A DNA stretch of 64,000 nt, taken from Ophelia neglecta (Eukaryota). The notes under the pieces are model-generated. The model was given only the letters and a program-made list of their open reading frames with translations. It did no database searches and was not told the DNA's origin. The translations under genes and the position numbers were made by a program. Of the stretch, positions 50,401 to 59,300 are shown piece after piece (the stretch's first letter is position 1; each line of letters opens with the position of its first letter). Where the stretch lies: the NCBI GenBank assembly GCA_965285935.1, contig OZ260663.1, positions 34,906,001 to 34,970,000 of the forward strand. The letters run 5' to 3'.

Positions 50401-53400
50401 ACATCCCACACCCTGCTCATTACACCTCAGACCTAGAGAGGGCTCAAGGAGAGTCATACCACACACCCTTCTCATACCGGGTTATACCTACAGAGGGGTC
50501 AAGGAAGTCTACATCCCACACCCTTCTCGTTACACCTCAGTCCTAGAGAGGGCTCAAGGAGAGTCTTACCACACACCCTTCTCATACCGGGTTATACCTA
50601 CAGAGGGGTCAAGGAAGTCTACATCCCACACCCTGCTCATTACACCTCAGACCTAGAGAGGGCTCAAGGAGATTCATACCACACACCCTTCTCATACCGG
50701 GTTATACCTACAGAGGGGTCAAGGAAGTCTACATCCCACACCCTGCTCATTACACCTCAGACCTAGAGAGGGCTCAAGGAGAGTCATACCACACACCCTT
50801 CTCATACCGGGTTATACCTACAGAGGGGTCAAGGAAGTCTACATCCCACACCCTTCTCGTTACACCTCAGTCCTAGAGAGGGCTCAAGGAGAGTCATACC
50901 ACACACCCTTCTCATACCGGGTTATGCCTACAGAGGGGTCAAGGAAGTCTGCATCCCACACCCTTCTTATTACACCTCAGTCAGACCTAGAGAGGGCTCA
51001 AGGAGATTCATACCACACACCCTTCTCATACCGGGTTATACCTACAGAGGGGTCAAGGAAGTCTACATCCCACACCCTTCTTATTACACCTCAGTCAGAC
51101 CTAGAGAGGGCTCAAGGAGAGTCATACCACACACCCTTCTCATACCGGGTTATACCTACAAAGGGGTCAAGGAAGTCTACATCCCACACCCTTCTTATTA
51201 CACCTCAGTCAGTCCTAGAGAGGGCTCAAGGAGAGTCATACCACACACCCTTCTCATACCGGGTTATACCTACAAAGGGGTCAAGGAAGTCTGCATCCCA
51301 CACCCTTCTTATTACACCTCAGTCAGTCCTAGAGAGGGCTCAAGGAGATTCATACCACACACCCTTCTCATACCGGGTTATACCTACAGAGGGGTCAAGG
51401 AAGTCTACATCCCACACCCTTCTTATTACACCTCAGTCAGACCTAGAGAGGGCTCAAGGAGAGTCATACCACACACCCTTCTCATACCGGGTTATACCTA
51501 CAGAGGGGTCAAGGAAGTCTACATCCCACACCCTTCTTATTACACCTCAGTCCTAGAGAGGGCTCAAGGAGAGTCATACCACACACCCTTCTCATACCGG
51601 GTTATACCTACAGAGGGGTCAAGGAAGTCTACATCCCACACCCTTCTTATTACACCTCAGTCCTAGAGAGGGCTCAAGGAGAGTCATACCACACACCCTT
51701 CTCATACCGGGTTATACCTACAGAGGGGTCAAGGAAGTCTACATCCCACACCCTTCTTATTACACCTCAATCAGACCTAGAGAGGGCTCAAGGAGATTCA
51801 TACCACACACCCTTCTCCTACCGGGTTATACCTACAGAGGGGTCAAGGAAGTCTACATCCCACACCCTTCTTATTACGCCTCAGTCAGACCTAGAGAGGG
51901 CTCAAGGAGATTCATACCACACACCCTTCTCATACCGGGTTATACCTACAGAGGGGTCAAGGAAGTCTACATCCCACACCCTTCTCGTTCAACAAATTGG
52001 CTGAAAGAGCGACCGGTGGTATGGGATGTGTGTCTCTTCCCAGAGTCGTCCTGTCTTGGGGGACCCGCCACCAGATTGGCCTTTTAGAGGAGACACCCAT
52101 CTTAAATCGCTATCAAGCAACAGCAACCCCCCCCCCCCCTCACCTTTTTTCAAAAAAACATGCACCAACCCCTAGAATTACCTATATGATGCTAAAGAAT
52201 CCACTAAATTCAAATTCCTTAAGCTTTTGAAACCAACATGTCGTGATATAAATATTCATAACAGTGTCTGGGCAACACTCTTTAATTTCGTTTATCAACT
52301 TCAAACTAGCCAGTTCGTTCATTTGAGTCGTTATTCTCCCGGCGAATAGCTCACACAATAGCTCCTACGGGGATATAAAGCCTGTATAAGGCTAAGAGGC
52401 CAGAAGTATGCCCCCCTGTCCGCCGAAATGTGGGCATTGAAGCCTGACACTGGTTTGTAATGAGTAAAAGAGCCGATAATTGGATGATAACGAGCTCCGA
52501 GCCATGCTCTAATAAGGTGGGAGCCACTGTGAATTGGTCACGGTGCGATAATCAGTGGGAGCGAGCTTCTGGCTGGGGACTCCATTCACACCAGATACAC
52601 GACTCATTCACGTATTGTACATGAACTGCTAATCACCGGGCCACTATCGGCTCATTTAATACATTCTTTGTGAATACAACTCGCCAGTGTCCTAAGTGAA
52701 CGCATTCAGCGGCCATTTGTCCAAACGATGAGTACGCGTGGATTTTATGTACAAATAGAATCTATAGGCCTTAGCATACATGTAATTACGCCGGTTTCAG
52801 ATGACATTTTTCCACTAGAATGAGTAAACTGACCCTAGTAATTCGTCTTAAAGCTAGAGAGCAGGGGCTGGCGATCGTTCCTATATCTCCAGTGGACTCT
52901 ATTGATCATATTCAGTATTCAGCTAGGCTCGCATACAGCTTGGTCAAGATGAATTCCGATCAGTGGCTCAATACATCATTAGTATTAATACAAATCACAT
53001 GATAACGTCAAAGTTGCTCATTCAAAGGTTTGAGAGATCAGAGAGAAATACGAGCGGTTCCGTCCGTTCCGTTGTGTTTGGCAGAGTCCCTAAGCCTGGG
53101 GCATCACCATGGCTTGTTAGACTGATGTAATACAGTACAATTAATTTGGATACTGAAAGATGATGTTTTGCTTTAAAACAGACTATATTTCAAGTGATCC
53201 GAGAAAAAAGACAGCTAAGTTTGGGTAATGGAGGCACCTTCCTTGGATCAACTGTATGAAACAAAACTCAAGACTTTGAATGTCATGTTCAGAGAAATGC
53301 GTATAGCTTTGGTTTGTATCATAAATGTAATTCTAGCAGGAGTGTTAGGTCCAGCAATTACCTGTCAGATAGGATCGTTTGGCGATGGCCATGGCCCGAG

Positions 53401-54090
53401 GTAGGTTTATGATCAGAGGCGCGCCATTTGACAAAGGACCCGGTTGACATCCAGCCAGCAGAAGGAGCGATGTGACAAATAAGTAGCGACCTGGTGACAG
53501 GCCCTTCTGATCTCTCGCTCTCGTACATCACAAGCATTTCCGTAAGTATTCATCAGCCCTAACCCCACCCTAACCCACTATAATTGGGCTCCTTTTTTGT
53601 CTGACTCGACACATGTCCTCGGGCTATGCTGTTCCTCGTTTAATAAATGTACCCTTGACCAAGTGCCGAACTTTGAACTGTGTCAACAGAGCCAAACAAA
53701 ACTCAACCGAAATTAAAATCATCACTTATATTATAAACCATCTCAATTTAAATCATAAAAGGTTTAATCCCCAATAAAAGAGCAGGGCAGATCAACATAT
53801 AGCATTAAAGCAGACGTGTTTTAAATGGTAAGGGTTCGTGAATGACACAGGTGTAGATCAAGAGCTCGGGTGTATACCTGTCGGCTGTCACGATCAAATG
53901 GTGCCTTTATTACCAGTCCAGGGACTAACCTAGATAGGTTGATCTCTACCGCCAAGCTATCAACACGTCCAGATACATTTAGCACTGTCTAAAGCAATAC
54001 ACCGACGGAAACTGGATGTGACTTACCGTCATTAACAGCAGCTGCGCCCCCGAGCATGGCAAGAAGAAACAGAGATGATTGCAACCTCAT
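22876..54090 (-). CDS. Spliced gene: SUEL-type lectin / CUB / sushi-like domain single-pass transmembrane receptor-like protein, 542 aa; join complement(54027-54090, 31139-31417, 30017-30433, 25149-25301, 24944-24997, 24692-24776, 22876-23452)
   Basis: Exons of 64+279+417+153+54+85+577 = 1629 nt join in frame to one TGA. Every junction is GT..AG with matching phases (1,1,1,1,1,2). The domain order is coherent: signal peptide, SUEL, CUB, CCP, stalk, TM, tail. Linking exon 1 across 22.6 kb is inferred from phase and signal-peptide logic. Confidence 0.85.
24692..24776 (-). CDS. Coding exon 6: transmembrane helix (GLFIAVGIGVVIGVCCGFTMLGTVLWCRR)
   Basis: Acceptor TTGTCTCTAG, donor CG|GTAAGA (phase 2). 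About 25 hydrophobic or small residues are followed by a basic stop-transfer segment. Confidence 0.9.
24944..24997 (-). CDS. Coding exon 5: short extracellular stalk (EAIRTPTKANEGQTLPSY)
   Basis: Acceptor TTTTTTTCAG, donor G|GTAAAC, 54 nt, phase 1-1, open in frame between the CCP and TM exons. Confidence 0.75.
25149..25301 (-). CDS. Coding exon 4: sushi/CCP-like domain
   Basis: Acceptor GTGTTTACAG, donor G|GTAAGG, 153 nt, phase 1-1. AVGCPDLVPPAGAFVVRDGDKATVSCNQTSQAWHLVCKHTTWIGDAQQCSP has 4 Cys and the C..W..C arrangement. Confidence 0.88.
27136..27275. mobile_element. Short mariner/Tc1-like MITE remnant
   Basis: TA-CAGGGCGTCCC left end (CAGGGTGTCCC-like TIR) and ACCCCG-TA right end. Confidence 0.35.
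28630..29010. repeat. Degenerate dispersed (AAAGGCA/GAAGGCAGT)n repeat cluster
   Basis: More than 10 AAGGCA/AAGGCAGT motifs on the plus strand and several inverted TGCCTT copies within ~380 bp. Confidence 0.5.
30017..30433 (-). CDS. Coding exon 3: CUB domain
   Basis: Acceptor CCTTTCCAG, donor G|GTGAGT, 417 nt, phase 1-1. GILAS...DCPWSIQVEAGQHVNIYLLDF...CHVYAVVKE...VCAG...VYTSHTHQVEI...FMLKY follows the CUB pattern (C-x-W-x-I, G-x2-V-x-I-x3-DF, F-x3-Y). Confidence 0.92.
30543..30723 (+). mobile_element. MITE family A, ~180 bp, TA-flanked CAGTG termini (Tc1/mariner-pogo-like)
   Basis: TACAGTGAAACTG...GACCACC at the left and GTGGT...AAATTTCACTATA at the right form imperfect TIRs. Related copies occur elsewhere in the window. 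Confidence 0.6.
31139..31417 (-). CDS. Coding exon 2: SUEL / rhamnose-binding-lectin (Gal_lectin)-like domain
   Basis: Acceptor TTTTATTCAG, donor G|GTGAGC, 279 nt, phase 1-1. Translation KEYCQWEVFNATCPDGHVILLETAHYGRMRLGRC...GCSADVLAQLDARCSGRQSC...QPCPRDMMAYLEAGYTC shows the YGR motif, 8-Cys spacing and the YL-x3-Y-x-C end of SUEL domains. Confidence 0.92.
31579..31689 (+). mobile_element. MITE family A, 3' half
   Basis: GGTGGTCTTTTAAGACAGGTTATT...GTGGTCT...GAGGTGGTCTTTAAGGCAGGTTCCACTGTA aligns by eye to the right half of the 30543 copy. Confidence 0.6.
43593..44335. repeat. Minisatellite, ~18 x 39 bp (CACATCAGATACACGGCCATGGCGTACGGATTTAATACA) with 43-bp variants
   Basis: The 13-aa periodicity in the spurious ORFs (MAYGFNTHIIYTA) gives the unit length. 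Variants include ATGGCG/ATGAGG and a GCTA insertion. Confidence 0.97.
46590..47250. repeat. Minisatellite, ~16 x 41 bp (GTCCACCAAGGATCAGAACACCAGATATCTCACTACAGAAT)
   Basis: Direct tandem copies; the 41-aa (123-nt) cycle is the same in all three plus-strand frames. Confidence 0.97.
47250..47607. repeat. Minisatellite, ~13 x 28 bp (ACCCACCACGGATATCTCACCACAGAGA)
   Basis: CGGATATC recurs at a 28-nt spacing (for example 47411 and 47439) and abuts the 41-bp array. Confidence 0.96.
48195..51988. repeat. Satellite array: diverged ~55-bp monomers (48195-48520) followed by ~31 homogeneous 110/114-bp dimeric units
   Basis: Unit = ACCTAGAGAGGGCTCAAGGAGAGTCATACCACACACCCTTCTCATACCGGGTTAT + ACCTACAGAGGGGTCAAGGAAGTCTACATCCCACACCCTTCTTATTACACCTCAG(TCAG). 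The 38-aa periodicity corresponds to 114 bp, and a 110-bp spacing is seen at 50281/50391. Confidence 0.97.
54027..54090 (-). CDS. Coding exon 1: signal peptide MRLQSSLFLLAMLGGAAAVND
   Basis: ATG sits in an AAAATGA context. The peptide has a basic n-region, hydrophobic core and AAA cleavage site. It ends in a consensus phase-1 donor G|GTAAGT that fits the SUEL exon (G+CA = Ala). Not in the ORF track because it is too short. Confidence 0.75.
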
Positions 54091-54575
54091 TTTGGTATTC
54101 CTGTCCTGAAGTTCAATGACGCAAAAGCGATGAAATAATTCCTTGTTGGTTAAAGAAATCAGTCAAGGTGTCTGTCAAGCTGTACTTGCGGGTATAACGA
54201 ACACATTTCTTGTGTAAGACATGTTTTTCTGAGTTAAAACATGTATTGGTCCCTTTTGGGGGTGAGAATGTACACCTTTAGTTACTTCTTATGGTGTATG
54301 CCACAAGGCTCATAGGATCTATAGACTGTTCGGTCTGAAGGCCGGTCATAGAACGCTGCCGATATTGCCAAATTAGATCGCAAATCACCGCCTGAAGCCC
54401 GTTCTTAGCCCTGTCGATCACAACAGCCCTAGGGGCAGATTGCTTGCGAGATGATGTTTATGGGCACAAGTCCACGTGGATCCTATAGAATCAGAGTTCT
54501 GGTGCATCGGATACGGAACCCACTGCAGGGAGAGACTCTTGTTGCGCCTTCTGCATGGGTCGCTCGCTAACTCAC

Positions 54576-54717
54576 TCATGGCGGCTCCGCACTGGTTGGT
54601 ATTCTCCCGGCCTGTGTCGTTTGCAGTTTGGCGCGCAGCAGATCCGCAGTGAATGATTCGCCCTCAGTAGGCTGAGTGGTATCAGGCGCAGCCGACACTC
54701 ATCTGCCCACTGTTCTT
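54576..54717 (-). other. Candidate upstream (5' UTR) exon of the receptor gene
   Basis: GC-rich 142-nt block bounded by CTCTATTTTACAG and A|GTGAGT, ~470 nt upstream of a plausible acceptor (TTGAACTTCAG, exon start ~54105) just before the ATG. No transcript evidence. Confidence 0.35.
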
Positions 54718-56023
54718 CTGTAAAATAGAGGTGAGAAACACAATTAAACGGCTGGCTGCTTGACATTAAAAAAAACTAGAAGTAAACTAACAATTTACAC
54801 CTTAACGATGAGAACATAGTCAATTGTTTTCATCTGCAAACTAAGTCTGGGCAATGCCGAAAGCGTCTTTCCGGGCAAAACTGATCACATGTGGTAAAGT
54901 TGAGCAAATGAAAGTCTACCCATATTAGGGTTCAACCAAATTTAATGCTCACAATGACTTTGTAGCATAAAGCTGTCTAAAGCCAGTTCTTTTAGGATTT
55001 TACCCCGATCTTTGCTCCTTTACCCCCTATGTTTAAGCCCCCTCTTTTGATAAGCCTGCCTGACTTGAGTACGGCTGGTTAATGAGCCGGAGGCGAGAGG
55101 CGATCAGGCGAGAATGTGCCTCCAATAGCTCCCTCATCAAACGGTCTTACGTCGGGCAGTTCATTTAACGCTCAAGTATATTACAAATACGGAGTACGAA
55201 TCGATGGAAATGACTTCCAAGTGCTGACTGGATGCAGGAGGCTAGAAAACCACCGCTGGCAGACGAATTGTTTAACTGCGTGCAGAAACTTTACCCAGAG
55301 GCAATGCATGGCTGCTGCCGTCTTTTTTGTCTCGTAATTAGTGCTTTTTGACCTAACATGGATCTGTCATTCCTCGTTTACTGCCGTGTTGAACCTATTA
55401 TCGCTCATGGCAATATATTCTTCAGATCCTAGTAAATCTAACGGATTCTCCATTTTATTGTGCGAATATGGCTGATGTACTTTTCTTCATGTTTTAGTTC
55501 ACAAATTACACACAACACTAAGTATAAATATGTGAAACACATCATCACTAATGATAATGTGATAAATGTGAAATGCAACATTCTATTAATACACTGCCTC
55601 ATTGCGGTGTTTAGTGTTTCCGTCAACCGGAAGTAAAGCGTCTTTATTGTGCTCTTTTTTCCATGATTTCACACTGACTCAAAATGAAGGAGAATGCATT
55701 GAGACACATCCATGATTTGCAGCCGATCTCCACGCCGTCTATTCAGTGGTATGCTTTAAATAGATGGCTCACTGCCACCTACAACTTGTCAAAACGCTCA
55801 CTTTGTTAAACGAGCAGGTATTAGGAGTTAATACCTGTCTGCCAATCGATTTGCCCAGGTAGGGGGCGCTCGACTGTCAACCTGCCACTAAACAAACTGT
55901 TAAGCACGACCTCACCTCATTCAATTGGCAAAAGGCCATCTGCAGGATTTGCTTTTGACTTTTACAAGCTGCAAACAATAGTTTACGGACGTTAACAGGT
56001 ACAATATGGTTCCAAGCTTGTTA

Positions 56024-56398
56024 GGCCCTACTCGATAATGCTGGAACCAGTTTCAGTTACTCGAAACCAGTTCCGATAATTCTGAGATTGAATAGCGAGT
56101 GGACAGTTTCGGTTCCAGTAAACCGTTGCAACATTTCTTCTCCAAATATTATAGAATTACTTCAAATTTATTGCAACAACAAAGAATAAGTATTCACCAT
56201 TTTTGAATTTATCTTTTACTTGCTCTTCCCCACGATTTGCCTTGATTCAACTATTGCCGCCATTTTCGGTACATTGGTTTCTCATTATCAGGTGTTTAGT
56301 TTCGCGATAGTTCCGTGAAAACTGAAACATTACCATCTCCCGAAATGGTTTCGCAGTTTCACCGAAACTAGTTTGTGTTTCAATATTAACAAGTGGGC
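56024..56398. mobile_element. Possible PIF/Harbinger-like MITE remnant
   Basis: The left end TTA-GGCCCTACTCGATAATGCTGGAAC resembles the reverse complement of the right end, GCCCACTTGTTAATATTGAAAC. Subterminal GAAAC/GTTTC motifs are repeated. Confidence 0.3.
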
Positions 56399-59300
56399 AG
56401 TTCTGCAGTCAACGTCTTGGATCGAGCGTAGCCGTACAAATTACATACAACACGAGAATTATGGAAATTAAAAAAAAAATATATAAATAACAAATGATTG
56501 GCCTACACACTTGCAATAACTTAAATCATATCATACAGGCTCGATTCTTTGCATTCAATTAAACCGGGCAAAGCGCACCGGAGGTCGTGCATCCTCACGC
56601 GCATCTTTTCTTGGTGCACCCAGCAACCGTTGCCACTTATACCAATTTTCCTCAGTTGCCCTGTCCGGAACCAGTATAGCGCAGGCTTAAACAAACCCAG
56701 TTTTATAATTGAGTGTAAACAGGTCGACGCATAATCTCCAATATGGCTTCTTTTTACATATTCAATGATCACGTGTACCTATTACTGTAAGAGCCTCGCT
56801 ACGCGAGGCTGGGCACTTCGGGCCAGCTACGCAGAATATTAAACAGGAGGTCTTAAATTTAACGAAATATACATTTTACAGCACATGTTTTGTAAAACAA
56901 TAGACGCTGCTATGAGTAGATGTTGAACGAAACCTCTTGTATCCTCCCTCCACCCTCCTGCCCGTTCCGTCCCCGAGGCAATCTTGGCGTGAATGCACTC
57001 TTCCCGTATTCTCGGAAATCTAAAGAAGTTATCTAATCAATTTGCTTTAATCACTCATTAATAGACGTTGACTTTTGATTAAACCTGCGCTAGATGGAAT
57101 ATTAGTGTCCTGACTTATTCGTATAAAGGTCGGACGGTTGACGAATGAGGCACCTGAGATGATGTCCTTAACTATTCATTGTTGATGCTGCATTCAACAT
57201 ATTGCTTTGGCATTAAAATATACAATTTTATATGATACCATCAATTATGCTACCACAAGTTATTATGCCGCTATTTTGATAGAGAAAGGAAAATATAAGA
57301 GCGTTTATTTTCATGCGCCACATAAAAATATCATAATTATAAGAATTTGATATAGGCCTATGTTTCTTGTTTCGTGGATACTGAGAAACTGGCGGAGGGT
57401 AAAATGATATCTCAATTTACAAACCAATTCCCATCACTTATCCGTAAAAAAAGCGTTGGACAAGGGCAAAAATATTCCCCGCTTTCCCCATTGGCAGAGG
57501 ACAATTTCTCCGAAAAAAATCACTAGCAGTCTGTGGCGTAACAACCAAGAGAGGCGTTCACAACGCCTCATTATCTCAGTCGAGTTCGTTCTTTCTTCTG
57601 TCTCCTCTCACTCCGAATAACAACACTGTAAACTACCAATTGAAATCCAGTCTCCCTTGGAAACGACAATGAAACGCCCTGATAAATGCATTGAAACTTG
57701 AGATGGTAGACATGTGCTCATTAACTACCCTCCCAGCCTCACCTAACATACCGTGCTCTTATTGTCGATGGTCATTTGATCGTGGGCAACATACATGGTT
57801 ATGATTCATTTGAACATAAGGAGCATCTAACTATGTAACAATTCTGTCCAGATTGGCTTTCATCAAGAGTTATCTCGTTTTGTTCATGAAATGTATTTCA
57901 CCGCCTGCCTCATTGCGCACTTTCGAGTTCCTCAGGATGATCCAGTCAATGGCAGGTTCCATTAGTCTACATGTGTATGTGTAAAAAGTGGTTCAGGGTC
58001 TTCGTAGCCTACGAACTCATATACATTAGATTTTCCTTAGTCTGAATTGTAACTTAATCATATCTTTATATCGCTTGGCACCATATAAAGGGCATTGTTT
58101 TTAAAGGTATATTTGACTCAAAACACATTACTAAAGTGGTGAGTTGGTTTAAGATATTCGTCTTACCTTTTGAATATTATAGTTTTGTTATGGATATTTC
58201 AATTAAGATACATGTTTCCCTTTCTGTGTCTATTTCCCTTTCTTATTCCCTGCCCCTGTCTGGTTTTGTCCTTTCAACGACCCTTATTTGTTGCCTGAGG
58301 CTGTTGATAGTGTAGCTTTAAAAGTATTTGTCCGATTTCGAAACAAACAACACCTGACAGACATTAAGAGTGTTCTGACCGTCAAGAAGACATGTTGTTT
58401 GACTTTGGCGTTCTGGTAGGCTAACATCACGCCTCCGCATCCATGTCAAAAAGTAGTCATATAATATCAGCCTCCATCGAGTGATTACGGTAAAATCAAA
58501 GTCATGCATAATAATCCACATTTTCTATTTAAAATCTACATATTGAATAGCCTAATGTCCAATGAGTGTAGGCCGTCTGCGCATGACTTGATTTCATAGA
58601 CATTTATGAACTTTTTTTTTTAATGTAGCGTGCCAACAGGTCTTAAACCTTTGTCCATAAATTGTCTAGATCAAGGGGAAATTTTGAATTTTTTAGTTGG
58701 ACATGTGCATGACGTCTCTACGGAAATTACACATTGTAAGTCATAGCCTAGTCTTAAGTAAGACACTGCAAAGAAAAGAAAATGTTTTAACCAAGTATAC
58801 GTTTCTTATAACTTCATAACTTAATCCAGTCAGCAAAAATCAACGTATTAACTTGATACTTTTTTGTTTACCGTGCAATCTGCCTGTAATGAATGTCGCA
58901 GAAATACTGATCGTTACATTACTATTCCGAAAAATTGGGCCCTCCGGTACTGAAAATAACACCCGATCTGACCTATACACATCTTGGGTGTAGGCTACTT
59001 TCTTACTCCCGACGGGTCATCTGCATCCCTCGACTACTTCCTGTCTCGGATTTCTGATGATATGCCTACCGAACCTTAAGTCCAATCTCGCCACATTCGT
59101 GTTTTTATATTCAACCCTAAAACCGCCACCCGGTCCACATCGATAATCTCAAATGACGAATATTCGTAGCCTGTTTCGTGTTTTACATGATTCATGGTGA
59201 GGCGACAAAATGATAACATGCCACATAGGTTAAATGGCTGTAGGGTATTGTTTGCCTGCTCGGACCGAGGTAGCGATTAATGATTAACCCAGGCTGGGCT

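Noticed and set aside
46590-51556. Long repetitive ORFs (142-210 aa), open in several frames
   Set aside because: They result from stop-free tandem units; unit lengths of 41, 28 and 110 are not multiples of 3, and they lie antisense within an intron.
55620-56270. ETS (ACCGGAAGT) and YY1-like (GCCGCCATTTT) motifs as the gene's promoter
   Set aside because: The motifs are isolated, and the YY1-like one falls inside a probable MITE remnant; insufficient to call.
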